Made by a program: the position numbers and the translations under genes
Assembly: GCA_905182835.1 (NCBI GenBank)
Contig: CAJJDI010000004.1
Coordinates: forward strand, 27,213-91,212
DNA length: 64,000 nucleotides
Direction: 5' to 3'
Source of the DNA: an uncultured Flavobacteriaceae bacterium
GTDB taxonomy: Bacteria > Bacteroidota > Bacteroidia > Flavobacteriales > Flavobacteriaceae
Notes under the pieces: generated by a model
Databases searched by the model: none
Seen by the model: only the letters and a program-made list of their open reading frames with translations
What the model was told of the DNA's origin: nothing
Part shown: positions 19,633 through 31,078 of the stretch, piece by piece
How positions within the stretch are numbered: the first letter of the stretch is position 1
Layout: every line of letters starts with the position of its first letter

Positions 19633-21285
19633 TTAATTGAGTAATTGCTTTGCGTGTGCTACAGCTGAAGTAGAAATATTATCACCTTCTAACATTTTTG
19701 CAATTTCCACTATTCTATCTTGATTATTTAATTTAATTAAATTAGTTGTAGTAGAATTCTCTAACTCTGTTTTATAAACTTTAAAGTGTGACTCACCCTT
19801 AGCTGCAATTTGAGGCAAATGAGTTATTGTAAATATTTGCATTCTAGAACTCATTTCCTTCATAATATCTCCAATTTTATTTGACACCTCTCCTGAAACC
19901 CCAGTATCAATCTCATCAAACATTAATGTAGGTAGTTTTTTGTAATTAGCAATAATGGATTTAATTGCTAGCATAATTCTAGAGATTTCACCGCCTGAAG
20001 CAGATTGTTTTAATAATTTGAAATCAGAACCTTTATTAGCGCTAAATTTAAATTCTAACTTATCCATACCATTAAACAAGAATTTATCTTCGGGGATAAT
20101 TTCAATTAAAAATTGAGCGCTTTTCATACCTAAATCATGTAAAATATCTTGTAAGTTATTCACTAGATTTGGGATGGCTTTAACTCTATTACTATTTAAT
20201 AATTTAGATAAATCTAATAACTCAATCTCAATGTTACTAACGACACTTGTCAGTGAAGATATTTCATCATCTATATTGTTTGATTTAGACACCTTATTAA
20301 GTAGATCCGATTGAATAATTATTAAATCATCAATATTATCAACAGAATGTTTTCTTAAAACATTATTTAGTTTTGACAACAAATCACCTAAACTAGACAG
20401 TTTATCTGGGTTGTTGGTTAAATTATCATTTGAATTTTGAATATCTCTAGAAATATCATCTAAATCAATATATATAGAGTTTAATCTATTGTATAGATCT
20501 AAAAAAGAGTTGGACCTTGAAGAAAGGTTTTTCAGATTTGAATTCAACTTACTCATTAACGAAATTATCCCATGCTCGTTATCATTTAAAAGAGAACTAC
20601 TTAAATTTAAATCACTCTTAATATCCTCAAAATTAGATAACTCTTTATAGGAGTTTTCTAATTCTATTAAATCAATATCTGAGATATTTAAATTATTAAT
20701 TTCTTCTAAAAGGTGACTATTATAATCAAATGCTTTAGAGAGCTCTAGTTTTGAATCTTTAAGTTTATTTAGCTCAGATGTGAGTTTTTTATAAGAAGAA
20801 AGCTTAGTTTTATATTCTATTAATAATTTGTTATTGTTAGCTACTGAATCAATTACATCAAATTGAAAATTAACATTTACTAAATTCAAATTTTGATGCT
20901 GAGAATGAATATCAATAATATATTGACTGATGGAAGAAAGCTGATTTAAAACTACTGGAGAATCATTGACAAATGCACGAGATTTTCCAGAAGGTAAAAT
21001 TTCTCGTCTAATTATAGTATCCGTATAGTAATCAAGGTTGTTATCAATAAAAATGTTTTTTAAATTATAATGAGCTAGATCAAAAGTTGCTTCGACAATA
21101 CACTTTTTATTCAAATTATTTATAGATGAATTGTCAGATCTTTTACCTAAAAGAAGAGATAAAGCATTTATTAAAATTGATTTTCCCGCTCCAGTTTCAC
21201 CTGTAATTATAGTTAAACCATTATTAAAATCGACATTCAGGTCATCAATAAGGGCATAATTTTTTATGGATAGGTTTTTTAACAC
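19633..21285 (-). CDS. recN: DNA repair protein RecN
   Basis: (V)LKNLSIKNYALIDDL..., Walker A GETGAGKS, signature ASGGEISR, FDEIDTG. GTG at 21285 gives the usual RecN N-terminus. The track start at 21336 (also GTG) would overlap the upstream gene by 22 nt. Confidence 0.93.
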   Translation of the reverse strand: MLKNLSIKNYALIDDLNVDFNNGLTIITGETGAGKSILINALSLLLGKRSDNSSINNLNKKCIVEATFDLAHYNLKNIFIDNNLDYYTDTIIRREILPSGKSRAFVNDSPVVLNQLSSISQYIIDIHSQHQNLNLVNVNFQFDVIDSVANNNKLLIEYKTKLSSYKKLTSELNKLKDSKLELSKAFDYNSHLLEEINNLNISDIDLIELENSYKELSNFEDIKSDLNLSSSLLNDNEHGIISLMSKLNSNLKNLSSRSNSFLDLYNRLNSIYIDLDDISRDIQNSNDNLTNNPDKLSSLGDLLSKLNNVLRKHSVDNIDDLIIIQSDLLNKVSKSNNIDDEISSLTSVVSNIEIELLDLSKLLNSNRVKAIPNLVNNLQDILHDLGMKSAQFLIEIIPEDKFLFNGMDKLEFKFSANKGSDFKLLKQSASGGEISRIMLAIKSIIANYKKLPTLMFDEIDTGVSGEVSNKIGDIMKEMSSRMQIFTITHLPQIAAKGESHFKVYKTELENSTTTNLIKLNNQDRIVEIAKMLEGDNISTSAVAHAKQLLN

Positions 21286-21314
21286 AAGATTTAATGATTT
21301 TAACTTAAAGGTAA

Positions 21315-22202
21315 CTAATATTTTATTTCTCGCCACTTATTCGAATGCATAGGAGCTACTTTTGATAACATTGAAATTAAATTAGTTATTTCCACACTAG
21401 GCCCAGCACTAAATATGTCTTGAATTTCATCTGATTTTGCATCAAAAAATACTTTTAAAATATAAGAATTAGGTCGTCTATTATTCATTCTTTCAAATGA
21501 AATGATAGATTTACTAATATTTGATTTAGATTTTTTAATATCATCATACATTCTGTCTAAACCATTAAAATGGTAATCATATAAAACGTAACTAAACTCT
21601 TTATATGTTGGAGATAATATATTGTCAATTAAATAGTAGCGAGTTTGACGACCATCTTTGGCGTTCCATCCAAGATAATTAGTTCCATTAGAGTAATCTA
21701 AAATACGTCTAGCTTGCTCATAAAATTTCTTGCCAGAATTTAACTCAAAAGAGTCAGAGTCCATACCTAAAAGCATATAAATATGATATGACAATACAGA
21801 TATTAGATTTGATTCAAATTGAGTTGGATTAAAAACAAAATTTTGAAATTCCTGATACTTGAATGAAAAGTTTTTATCTATGTAATTGTATAAAGGAGAT
21901 TCATATGAGGAATTAAAAACAGGTCTAGATGATTGTACTTGGATTGTTCCTTTAAAAACATCATTATCGAAATTACTAATGTTAATAATCATTGAACAGT
22001 TAATTCTCTGTTTATTTGTAATAGAGTTATTAGTCCAATTAGAATTGTTAATAAACTCAGAGATTTGATTTTCTAAGGTTTTAAATATTTGTAAGTTTTC
22101 ATCTCCAGTCTGACCAGCATTAACAATGACGTTACAATTTAATTCCTGTGAAAATGAAGTAACAGAAGTAATTAAAAAAATATATAGAAATATTTTATTC
22201 AT
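21315..22202 (-). CDS. DUF4835-family secreted protein (PorD-like)
   Basis: Signal peptide ...VTSFS/QELNCNV. It occupies the conserved slot between coaBC and recN in Bacteroidota. The family name is from recollection. Confidence 0.6.
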   Translation of the reverse strand: MNKIFLYIFLITSVTSFSQELNCNVIVNAGQTGDENLQIFKTLENQISEFINNSNWTNNSITNKQRINCSMIINISNFDNDVFKGTIQVQSSRPVFNSSYESPLYNYIDKNFSFKYQEFQNFVFNPTQFESNLISVLSYHIYMLLGMDSDSFELNSGKKFYEQARRILDYSNGTNYLGWNAKDGRQTRYYLIDNILSPTYKEFSYVLYDYHFNGLDRMYDDIKKSKSNISKSIISFERMNNRRPNSYILKVFFDAKSDEIQDIFSAGPSVEITNLISMLSKVAPMHSNKWREIKY

Positions 22203-23403
22203 TTATTAATTCAATTATATTATTTATAATATCTAAAGAAACAGCTTTCTTTTGTTTTAACGGAAAATTAATAATTTTATTTCCTTTAGATATAATTGAA
22301 ATTTTGTTTGTATCAACGCCAAACCCAGCTCCTTTATCATTTAAGGAGTTTAATATTATTAAATCTAAGTTTTTATTAATTAATTTACTTGTAGCATTCT
22401 CAACTTCGTTATCAGTTTCGAGTGCAAAACCTACTAAAAGTTGTTTGTTTTTCATCCTCCCTAAGTAAGACAAAATATCCTTAGTTTTCTCAACTTCTAT
22501 AATAGGATTTTGATTAGATTTTTTAAGTTTTTTATCTGAGACAAATTTTGGTTTGAAATCCGCTACTGCAGCGGACATTATAACAACATCTACATCATCA
22601 TATTTACCTATTACTTGATCATACATTTGATCAGATGATGTTATTGAAAAAAGCTCAATAGATTTAGAAAGCAACTTTTGATTAGTTGGTCCAGTTATTA
22701 AAATAACTTTAGCCCCTAACTTAGATGCTGTTTCAGCTAATTCAAAACCCATTTTCCCACTAGAATGATTACCTATAAACCTTACTGGGTCAATTGGCTC
22801 AAATGTAGGTCCTGCAGTGATTAAAAAAGTTTTTCCATTTAATGGTAAACTACTTGAAAGATCATTCTCTATAAAGCGAACAATATCTTTAGGCTCTGCC
22901 ATTCTACCTTCACCAAATAATCCACTAGCTAATTCTCCAGAAGTTGGAGGGATTAACAAATTTCCGAAAGAAATTAATTTAGAAATAGATGATTGAGTTG
23001 ATTTATGCTTATACATATCTAAATCCATTGCTGGAGCAAAATAAACTTTACACTTAGCTGAGAGATATGTAGCAATTAACAAATTATCACAATTCCCATT
23101 TGACATTTTAGAAAGTGTGTTTGCTGTAGCTGGACAAATCAAAAATAAATCTGCCCACAGTCCTATTTCAACATGATTATTCCACAATTCGTCATCCTCA
23201 TCTGCAGTAAATGTAGATAAAACAGGGTTTTTTGAAAGGGTAGATAAAGTTAAGGGTGTGACAAATTCTTTAGCTGAAGGAGTCATAACAACTTTAACAT
23301 GACTTCCAGACTTAATTAATAGTCGAACCAAATTTGCAGTTTTATAAGCGGCTATACCGGCTGTAACACCAAGTAATACTTTTTTTCCACTTAAAACTGA
23401 CAT
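22195..23403 (-). CDS. coaBC: Bifunctional phosphopantothenoylcysteine decarboxylase / phosphopantothenate-cysteine ligase
   Basis: 402 aa with GVTAGIAAYK, PAMDLDMY, ITAGPTFEPIDPVRFIGNHSSGKMG and AAVADF. Confidence 0.95.
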   Translation of the reverse strand: MSVLSGKKVLLGVTAGIAAYKTANLVRLLIKSGSHVKVVMTPSAKEFVTPLTLSTLSKNPVLSTFTADEDDELWNNHVEIGLWADLFLICPATANTLSKMSNGNCDNLLIATYLSAKCKVYFAPAMDLDMYKHKSTQSSISKLISFGNLLIPPTSGELASGLFGEGRMAEPKDIVRFIENDLSSSLPLNGKTFLITAGPTFEPIDPVRFIGNHSSGKMGFELAETASKLGAKVILITGPTNQKLLSKSIELFSITSSDQMYDQVIGKYDDVDVVIMSAAVADFKPKFVSDKKLKKSNQNPIIEVEKTKDILSYLGRMKNKQLLVGFALETDNEVENATSKLINKNLDLIILNSLNDKGAGFGVDTNKISIISKGNKIINFPLKQKKAVSLDIINNIIELINE

Positions 23404-23407
23404 TATA

Positions 23408-23740
23408 TTACTTATCTAGAGATTCATCAGAGCTATTTCTATGATAAATTTTATTATCAATCCATTCTTGAACAGCTAATGCATGTGGTTTTGGTAATTT
23501 TTCGTAAAATTTAGAAACTTCGATTTGTTCCTTGTTTTCAAAAATCTCTTCTAAACTATCATTATATGTAGCAAACTCTTCTAGCTTATCAATTAATTCA
23601 GTACGAATATCTGAATTAATTTGTTCTGATCTTTTTGAAATAATTGAAATTGCTTCGTAAATATTATCAGTTGATTTATCAATAATATTTCTATCGTAAG
23701 TCTCTGTGTTTACCGGTGCCTTTACTTTCTTTAAATCCAT
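23408..23740 (-). CDS. rpoZ: DNA-directed RNA polymerase subunit omega (Bacteroidota type)
   Basis: 110 aa with NIYEAISIISKRSEQIN...FYEKLPKPHALAVQEW. Conserved position between bamD and coaBC. Confidence 0.8.
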   Translation of the reverse strand: MDLKKVKAPVNTETYDRNIIDKSTDNIYEAISIISKRSEQINSDIRTELIDKLEEFATYNDSLEEIFENKEQIEVSKFYEKLPKPHALAVQEWIDNKIYHRNSSDESLDK

Positions 23741-23752
23741 TTTATTTAATTT

Positions 23753-24538
23753 CTAAGTTGTTTTTAATTGCTTCAATTCATCAAATTTCAAATTTAGATC
23801 TTCAATATATTCAGATTCACTATAATATTTGATGAAAGAATTATAATATCCAATTGCATCACCAATCCTGTCTTCTTTCTTGAAATCGACACTATTGATA
23901 GCGAGTCTATATGCTGAATCAAATTTATAATACAAAACTTTCTCTCTTAAAGATGATCCAGGAAATTCAACTACAAAATTATTAAAGGACATTATAGCTG
24001 ACTCATGATCATTAAGGGTATTGTATTGTAATGCTGTACTGTAAGCTTTAAACTCAAGCCTATAATCTAATTCAAAGATAAGCTTATTAACTGCTTCTAT
24101 ATATTCAGATTCTGGAAATGTATTTATAAATAACTGTAATTTATCTATTGCAATTTTAGTATCTGTTTGGTCTTTTGAGAAGACCGGGGACATAAAATAG
24201 TAACTCTTAGCTCCTAAGAATGCAATTTCTTCATTTTTTTCACTGTTAGGGTACGTATTTACAAATTTCTCCATTCTGTAATTGGATGTCCTATAATCCT
24301 TAGTTTCATAAAAGCACATAGCATGCATATACATTAATTTCTGAGCCTGTGGCTTACCTCTATACTTAGGTACTATTTGCTCAAAAAGTCTATTAGCTTT
24401 AGTAAACTTTCCATCATCATAAAGAGTGGTTCCTAAAGAAAACTTAGTTGAAATATCGTCACCATTAATTGCCTCTTGATATTCACCACAGGATGAAAAA
24501 GTTATTAATACTAGTAATGTAAATATAGTTCGTTTCAT
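23753..24538 (-). CDS. bamD: Outer membrane protein assembly factor BamD (TPR lipoprotein)
   Basis: ATG at 24538 gives MKRTIFTLLVLITFSSC (lipobox). TPR-like repeats follow. The track start at 24550 is TTG. Confidence 0.88.
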   Translation of the reverse strand: MKRTIFTLLVLITFSSCGEYQEAINGDDISTKFSLGTTLYDDGKFTKANRLFEQIVPKYRGKPQAQKLMYMHAMCFYETKDYRTSNYRMEKFVNTYPNSEKNEEIAFLGAKSYYFMSPVFSKDQTDTKIAIDKLQLFINTFPESEYIEAVNKLIFELDYRLEFKAYSTALQYNTLNDHESAIMSFNNFVVEFPGSSLREKVLYYKFDSAYRLAINSVDFKKEDRIGDAIGYYNSFIKYYSESEYIEDLNLKFDELKQLKTT

Positions 24539-24613
24539 ATTTATGGTCAATTTGCAAAATTAAACAATTTTAATGTATTTAAAAAAAAAACATCTATTGT
24601 ATTTATAATAATA

Positions 24614-25501
24614 TTATAGCTTTAAATTATTGAGCTCAACCAGAATTTCATTTCTTAAATTTTTAGAAACAGGCAATAGAGGAAGTCTTAAAACATCATT
24701 ACATAAATTCATTTCATGTAAGACCGACTTTACCCCTGCAGGGTTATTTTCCCTAAAAATCAAAGAAGTTATGTTAATTAATTGCTCATGAATTGATGTG
24801 GCGCTTAAAGGATTGTTGTCTAAAGCATAATTTATCATTTTAGAAAATTTTTCTGGAAAGGCTTGGCCAATAACGGAAATAACGCCATCACCTCCTGCAA
24901 TTACTGATGATAGAGCTAAATCATCATCGCCAGAAATGATCAAAAAATCTTCAGGTTTATTATTTATTAATTCTAAATATTGATTTATATCATTACCGGC
25001 CTCTTTTATGCCAATAATAGAATCAAACTCCTTAGCAAGCCTTAAAACAGTCTCAGGTAAAATATTTTTTGCAGTTCTACCTGGCACATTATAAATAATA
25101 ATAGGCACAGATGTATTGTTAGAAATATACTTGTAATGCTCGTAAATCCCTTCCTGAGTAGGTTTATTATAATAAGGAGAAACTGATAAAATAGCTGAAA
25201 TATCTTCAAGATTCGATGAATTTATTTCTTTAACTAATTTCAGGGTATCGTTTCCACCAATTCCTAAAACTAATGGGACTCTCCCTTTATTAACACTCAC
25301 TACAGTCTTAATTATCAATTCTCTCTCAGACAGTTTGATTGTTGGACTCTCTGCTGTGGTCCCATTTATAACTAAATAATCTATTCCATTTGTTATATTA
25401 TATTCAGCTAGTGTTTCAAGCGAAGCATAATCAATAGAAAAATCTTTATTAAAAGGGGTAATTAAAGCTACACCAGTGCCTATAAATTTGCTGTTTTTCA
25501 T
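24614..25501 (-). CDS. dapA: 4-hydroxy-tetrahydrodipicolinate synthase
   Basis: GTGVALITPF, INGTTAESPTL-like, YNVPGRT and GIKEA (Schiff-base Lys). Confidence 0.95.
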   Translation of the reverse strand: MKNSKFIGTGVALITPFNKDFSIDYASLETLAEYNITNGIDYLVINGTTAESPTIKLSERELIIKTVVSVNKGRVPLVLGIGGNDTLKLVKEINSSNLEDISAILSVSPYYNKPTQEGIYEHYKYISNNTSVPIIIYNVPGRTAKNILPETVLRLAKEFDSIIGIKEAGNDINQYLELINNKPEDFLIISGDDDLALSSVIAGGDGVISVIGQAFPEKFSKMINYALDNNPLSATSIHEQLINITSLIFRENNPAGVKSVLHEMNLCNDVLRLPLLPVSKNLRNEILVELNNLKL

Positions 25502-26016
25502 ATTTTTTTTAGACCTTTTAGATATTTCTGAAGTTCAACTTTAAAAATATCAATAAAACTAGATTTAATGTTAATTATAAAATCATTTAACCTTTGATCT
25601 TTATTCGAAATTCCTATTTTAAAATTAGCCTTTGATTTAGCTGTGATTAGGTTTAATTCGTATAGATCTTCATTATAATAACTTATTAGAGCATCAAACT
25701 CTGTTTCAATAAATTCATTTATATCGTAATTAGAAATGTTTCCATTCCATCCAAAATCTAGAGGAGTAAAATATGAATCCCAACTTGTAAGAGTTTCATC
25801 TCTTTCAGTTACATAGGCAACAAATTTTATTTTATTTTCATTTACACCTAAGTATTTCAAAACGTTTCTTAAGGAATCATAATCGTCATACTCTTCAAGG
25901 TTTAGAATAACCCCAACAGATTTAATTTTCTGACTATCTACAGAAGGTTTACGACTATTTAGAATATTATTTAAATATTTATCGTTTGATTTTTTCTTGA
26001 ATAATTTAAAAAACAT
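25498..26016 (-). CDS. Conserved hypothetical protein upstream of dapA
   Basis: Open frame. ATG at 26016 (MFFKLFKKK...) avoids an overlap with the divergent gene that the longer track start (26124) would create. No recognisable motif. Confidence 0.5.
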   Translation of the reverse strand: MFFKLFKKKSNDKYLNNILNSRKPSVDSQKIKSVGVILNLEEYDDYDSLRNVLKYLGVNENKIKFVAYVTERDETLTSWDSYFTPLDFGWNGNISNYDINEFIETEFDALISYYNEDLYELNLITAKSKANFKIGISNKDQRLNDFIINIKSSFIDIFKVELQKYLKGLKKI

Positions 26017-26077
26017 ATATTTAAAAGTATTATACAAATGTAATAAAGATGAATTTGATTTAACCACAAAAACTATA

Positions 26078-26836
26078 ATGAAATCAATTATTAAACTATT
26101 TAAATTTTCTATTTTTTTATTCACTTTTAGTTGTAATGGCGATTTTCAATTATCTGAAGTTCAAACAAGTAGGATTGAAATCAATCGCAACATACAAGAG
26201 GATTCATCTATTCTGAATTTCATAGAACCCTATAAAAAAAACATTGAAAAAGATCTACACACAACTTACGCATACTCACCTAAAACATATGATAAAAAAA
26301 ACGGCAATTTAAATACCGCTATTGGTAATTTTATGGCTGATGCTGTTTACGAATTAAGTAATCCGATTTTTAAATCTAAAAAAGGAGAAAATATTGATTT
26401 TGTACTTTTAAATTACGGAGGAATAAGATCGATAATTTCAAAAGGGAATATTAACAAGAATTCAGCCTATAATTTAATGCCTTTTGAAAACGAAGTTATA
26501 GTTACAAAGCTTTCAGGAAAAGATGTATATAAATTAATAGATTACTTAACTGTAGCTAGACGAGCTCACCCGATTGCTAGACTACAATTAGAATTAGATA
26601 AAGATTATAAATTAATTAATGCAAAAATTAATAATAAAAAAATTGATGTCAATAGGTATTACTATGTAGCTACAAGTGATTTTTTACTTAATGGAGGTGA
26701 TAAAATGACCTTCTTTAATGAGAGTATAGAAAATACTATTTTAAATTATAAAATAAGAGACCTATTGATTGATTATTTTATTCAAATTGATACATTAAAA
26801 TCTACAATTGATAACAGGTTTATTATAAAAAAATAA
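26078..26836 (+). CDS. 5'-nucleotidase C-terminal (substrate-binding) domain lipoprotein
   Basis: ATG at 26078 gives MKSIIKLFKFSIFLFTFSC (lipobox). NLMPFENEVIV and ATSDFLLNGGD are typical of the UshA/5'-NT C-domain. Confidence 0.82.
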   Translation: MKSIIKLFKFSIFLFTFSCNGDFQLSEVQTSRIEINRNIQEDSSILNFIEPYKKNIEKDLHTTYAYSPKTYDKKNGNLNTAIGNFMADAVYELSNPIFKSKKGENIDFVLLNYGGIRSIISKGNINKNSAYNLMPFENEVIVTKLSGKDVYKLIDYLTVARRAHPIARLQLELDKDYKLINAKINNKKIDVNRYYYVATSDFLLNGGDKMTFFNESIENTILNYKIRDLLIDYFIQIDTLKSTIDNRFIIKK

Positions 26837-27744
26837 TGGAAAGAAGAAAATTTATTAAAAACACTCTCTATTCAAGTGCTGCTCTTGCTTCTACATCTAT
26901 TTTAACAAATAGCTGCAAAGCAAATGATTATAAAAAAATAACTATACTACATACAAATGATGTGCATAGTCATATTGATCCGTTTGAAAAAAACAACGAT
27001 AAGTACGCTTTAAAAGGTGGAGTTTCTAGAAGAGCGACAATCATTGAAAAAATTAGAGAAGAAAACTCTAATACCCTTTTGTTGGATGCTGGAGATATAT
27101 TCCAAGGGACTCCTTATTTCAATTATTATGGAGGTGAGTTAGAATTTAAATTAATGAGTATGTTAAAATATGATTTAGCAACTTTAGGAAACCATGATTT
27201 TGACAATGGAGTTGATGGACTTTACAAGCAGTTACCTCATGCTAAATTTAATTTTGTTTCTGCAAACTATGATTTTAAAAATACGGTTTTAGATACTCAT
27301 GTAAAACCTTATCAGATTATCTATAAAGATGGTATCAAAATTGGGATTTTCGGATTAGGTGTAGAGCTAGACGGAATGGTAACAAAGAAACTCTATAAAG
27401 AAACTAAATACCTAGATCCAGTTGAAATTACTCAAGGAGTTGTTAGTACTTTAAAACAAACTGAAAAGTGTGATTTAATCATTTGTTTATCTCACCTTGG
27501 ATTTAAGTATGATAGTAATAAAATATCTGATATAAGTCTAGCTAAAGCTACTAAGGATATTGATCTTATTATCGGAGGACATACTCACACATTTTTAAAT
27601 AAACCTCTGGTATTAGATAATATTGAAGGAGAAAAGGTAATTGTAAATCAAGTAGGCTGCCACGGATTGTTTTTAGGTAAAATTGATTTTTACTTTGATT
27701 CGTTTAAAAATAAGAAATATGAAGGTGTTTCTATTGAAGTGTAG
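26836..27744 (+). CDS. Metallophosphoesterase (5'-nucleotidase N-terminal catalytic domain) with Tat-like signal
   Basis: MERRKFIKNTLYSSAALA, ILHTNDVHSHI, DAGDIFQGTP, GNHDFD, GGHTH. Confidence 0.88.
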   Translation: MERRKFIKNTLYSSAALASTSILTNSCKANDYKKITILHTNDVHSHIDPFEKNNDKYALKGGVSRRATIIEKIREENSNTLLLDAGDIFQGTPYFNYYGGELEFKLMSMLKYDLATLGNHDFDNGVDGLYKQLPHAKFNFVSANYDFKNTVLDTHVKPYQIIYKDGIKIGIFGLGVELDGMVTKKLYKETKYLDPVEITQGVVSTLKQTEKCDLIICLSHLGFKYDSNKISDISLAKATKDIDLIIGGHTHTFLNKPLVLDNIEGEKVIVNQVGCHGLFLGKIDFYFDSFKNKKYEGVSIEV

Positions 27745-27860
27745 CAAGACTAAAACCTACTATGATATGACAACTCAAAAAGGTCCCCGAATAGACCCCT
27801 CGTTATTTTGCACATCAAAACTATATAACAAATATATTTAAAATTTAGTATCAATAAAAT

Positions 27861-28916
27861 CTAAACCTTTTTCTTACTCTTTAATATTTTGTTTAAACCT
27901 TTTTCATTTTCCCATTTTTGCCTAGCAAATTTTTGCATATCTACTTCTTGATCACTTTCATCTATTATTTCTAATCCAATTAAAGTTTCTAAAATATCCT
28001 CCAAAGTTATAATCCCAACTAACCCTCCATATTCATCAATCACTATAGATATATGCTCCTTCTTTTCTAATAATTGATTAAATAACGCAAAAACATTAAT
28101 AGAATTAGGAACTGTTAGAATATCTCTACGCAAAGTTTTAATCTTATTTTTTAGATTTTTCTTGTCAGATATTTTTTCAATATAATCTTGCAAAAAGATA
28201 TATCCAGTTATATTTTCAATTTGTTGAGAGTAAAGTGGAATTCTGGAAAATTTTATTTTTTTATGTTCTTTACTAAAATTGCCTAAAGTATCATCTTCAT
28301 TAGCTGAAAAAACAACAACTCTTGGAGTTATAATTTCTGATACTTTAATTTTTTTCAAATCAATAATATTCTGTATAATTCTATTTTCTTGCTTAGAAAA
28401 AACTCCTTCATCATAACCTAGATTAGCTAAAGCTGACAACTGCTCTCTAGTTACATTGTTATTTTTTTGCGTTGTGATTGAGCTTGTTATTTTCATTGAA
28501 ACAACAACAAAAGGATAAGTAATCATCAGCATAAATTTTACTGTGTAAAATGTAAGCTTTGACAAACCCTGACAATATGTAGCTCCAATCGTCTTTGGTA
28601 TAATTTCAGAAAAAAATAGAATTAATATCGTTAAAATTGCAGAAGCAAATCCTAAATAATTATCGCCAAACAAACTAGTTACTTCCGCTCCAACTCCTGC
28701 AGCTCCAATTGTATGTGCTATAGTATTTAAAGTTAGAATTGCTGATAAAGGCTTATCAATATTATTCTTGAAAGACAAAAATGATGTTGCCCATTCATTG
28801 TTTTTTTTAATTGAAAGTAAATAAGATTTTGGTATCGTTAAGAGAGTCGCTTCAACTAAAGAACAAACAAATGAAATAAACAAAGCTAAAAAAAGATAAA
28901 AAATTAGTGCAGTCAT
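27861..28916 (-). CDS. CNNM/HlyC-CorC family transporter (DUF21 + CBS pair)
   Basis: Four N-terminal TM helices (DUF21), then CBS-pair sequence (ITPRVVVF...IPLYSQQIENITGYI...VIDEYGGLVGIITLEDILE). Confidence 0.88.
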   Translation of the reverse strand: MTALIFYLFLALFISFVCSLVEATLLTIPKSYLLSIKKNNEWATSFLSFKNNIDKPLSAILTLNTIAHTIGAAGVGAEVTSLFGDNYLGFASAILTILILFFSEIIPKTIGATYCQGLSKLTFYTVKFMLMITYPFVVVSMKITSSITTQKNNNVTREQLSALANLGYDEGVFSKQENRIIQNIIDLKKIKVSEIITPRVVVFSANEDDTLGNFSKEHKKIKFSRIPLYSQQIENITGYIFLQDYIEKISDKKNLKNKIKTLRRDILTVPNSINVFALFNQLLEKKEHISIVIDEYGGLVGIITLEDILETLIGLEIIDESDQEVDMQKFARQKWENEKGLNKILKSKKKV

Positions 28917-29027
28917 ATATTCTTAATATAATGGCAAAAATACAAAAAACAGGCAATTTTATGGGAAAAATTAAAGACAAATTCGGGGTAGCAGGATTAC
29001 AACCTCTACCCTTTTCAATAGATAACA

Positions 29028-31022
<1,995 letters not shown>

Positions 31023-31078
31023 TTATACAATGGGAAACAACCTATTTTTAATTATCTTTAAGCATCTAATATACTAAA

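Noticed and set aside
21286-21336. 17-codon N-terminal extension of recN overlapping the DUF4835 gene.
   Set aside because: RecN proteins start directly with the (M)L..L.I.N(F/Y)A.I motif. GTG at 21285 provides this, so the extension is probably not translated.
25997-26124. Apparent 128-nt head-to-head overlap of the divergent ORFs 25498-26124 (-) and 25997-26836 (+).
   Set aside because: It is an artefact of using the longest ORF. Internal ATGs at 26016 (-) and 26078 (+, which creates a proper lipoprotein signal) remove the overlap.
27745-27860. A spacer between convergent genes with C-runs (GGTCCCCGAATAGACCCCTCG). I examined it as a possible tRNA fragment or terminator.
   Set aside because: No cloverleaf arms pair. 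Only a 4-bp GGTC/GACC stem is present, which is too weak to call.
28986-29011. Hairpin GGGTAG...CTACCC (on the minus strand GGGUAGAGG-UUGUAAU-CCUGCUACCC) just downstream of ligA.
   Set aside because: It is a plausible ligA terminator, but the stem is bulged and the downstream tract (CGAAUUUGUCUUU) is only moderately U-rich. I left it uncalled.
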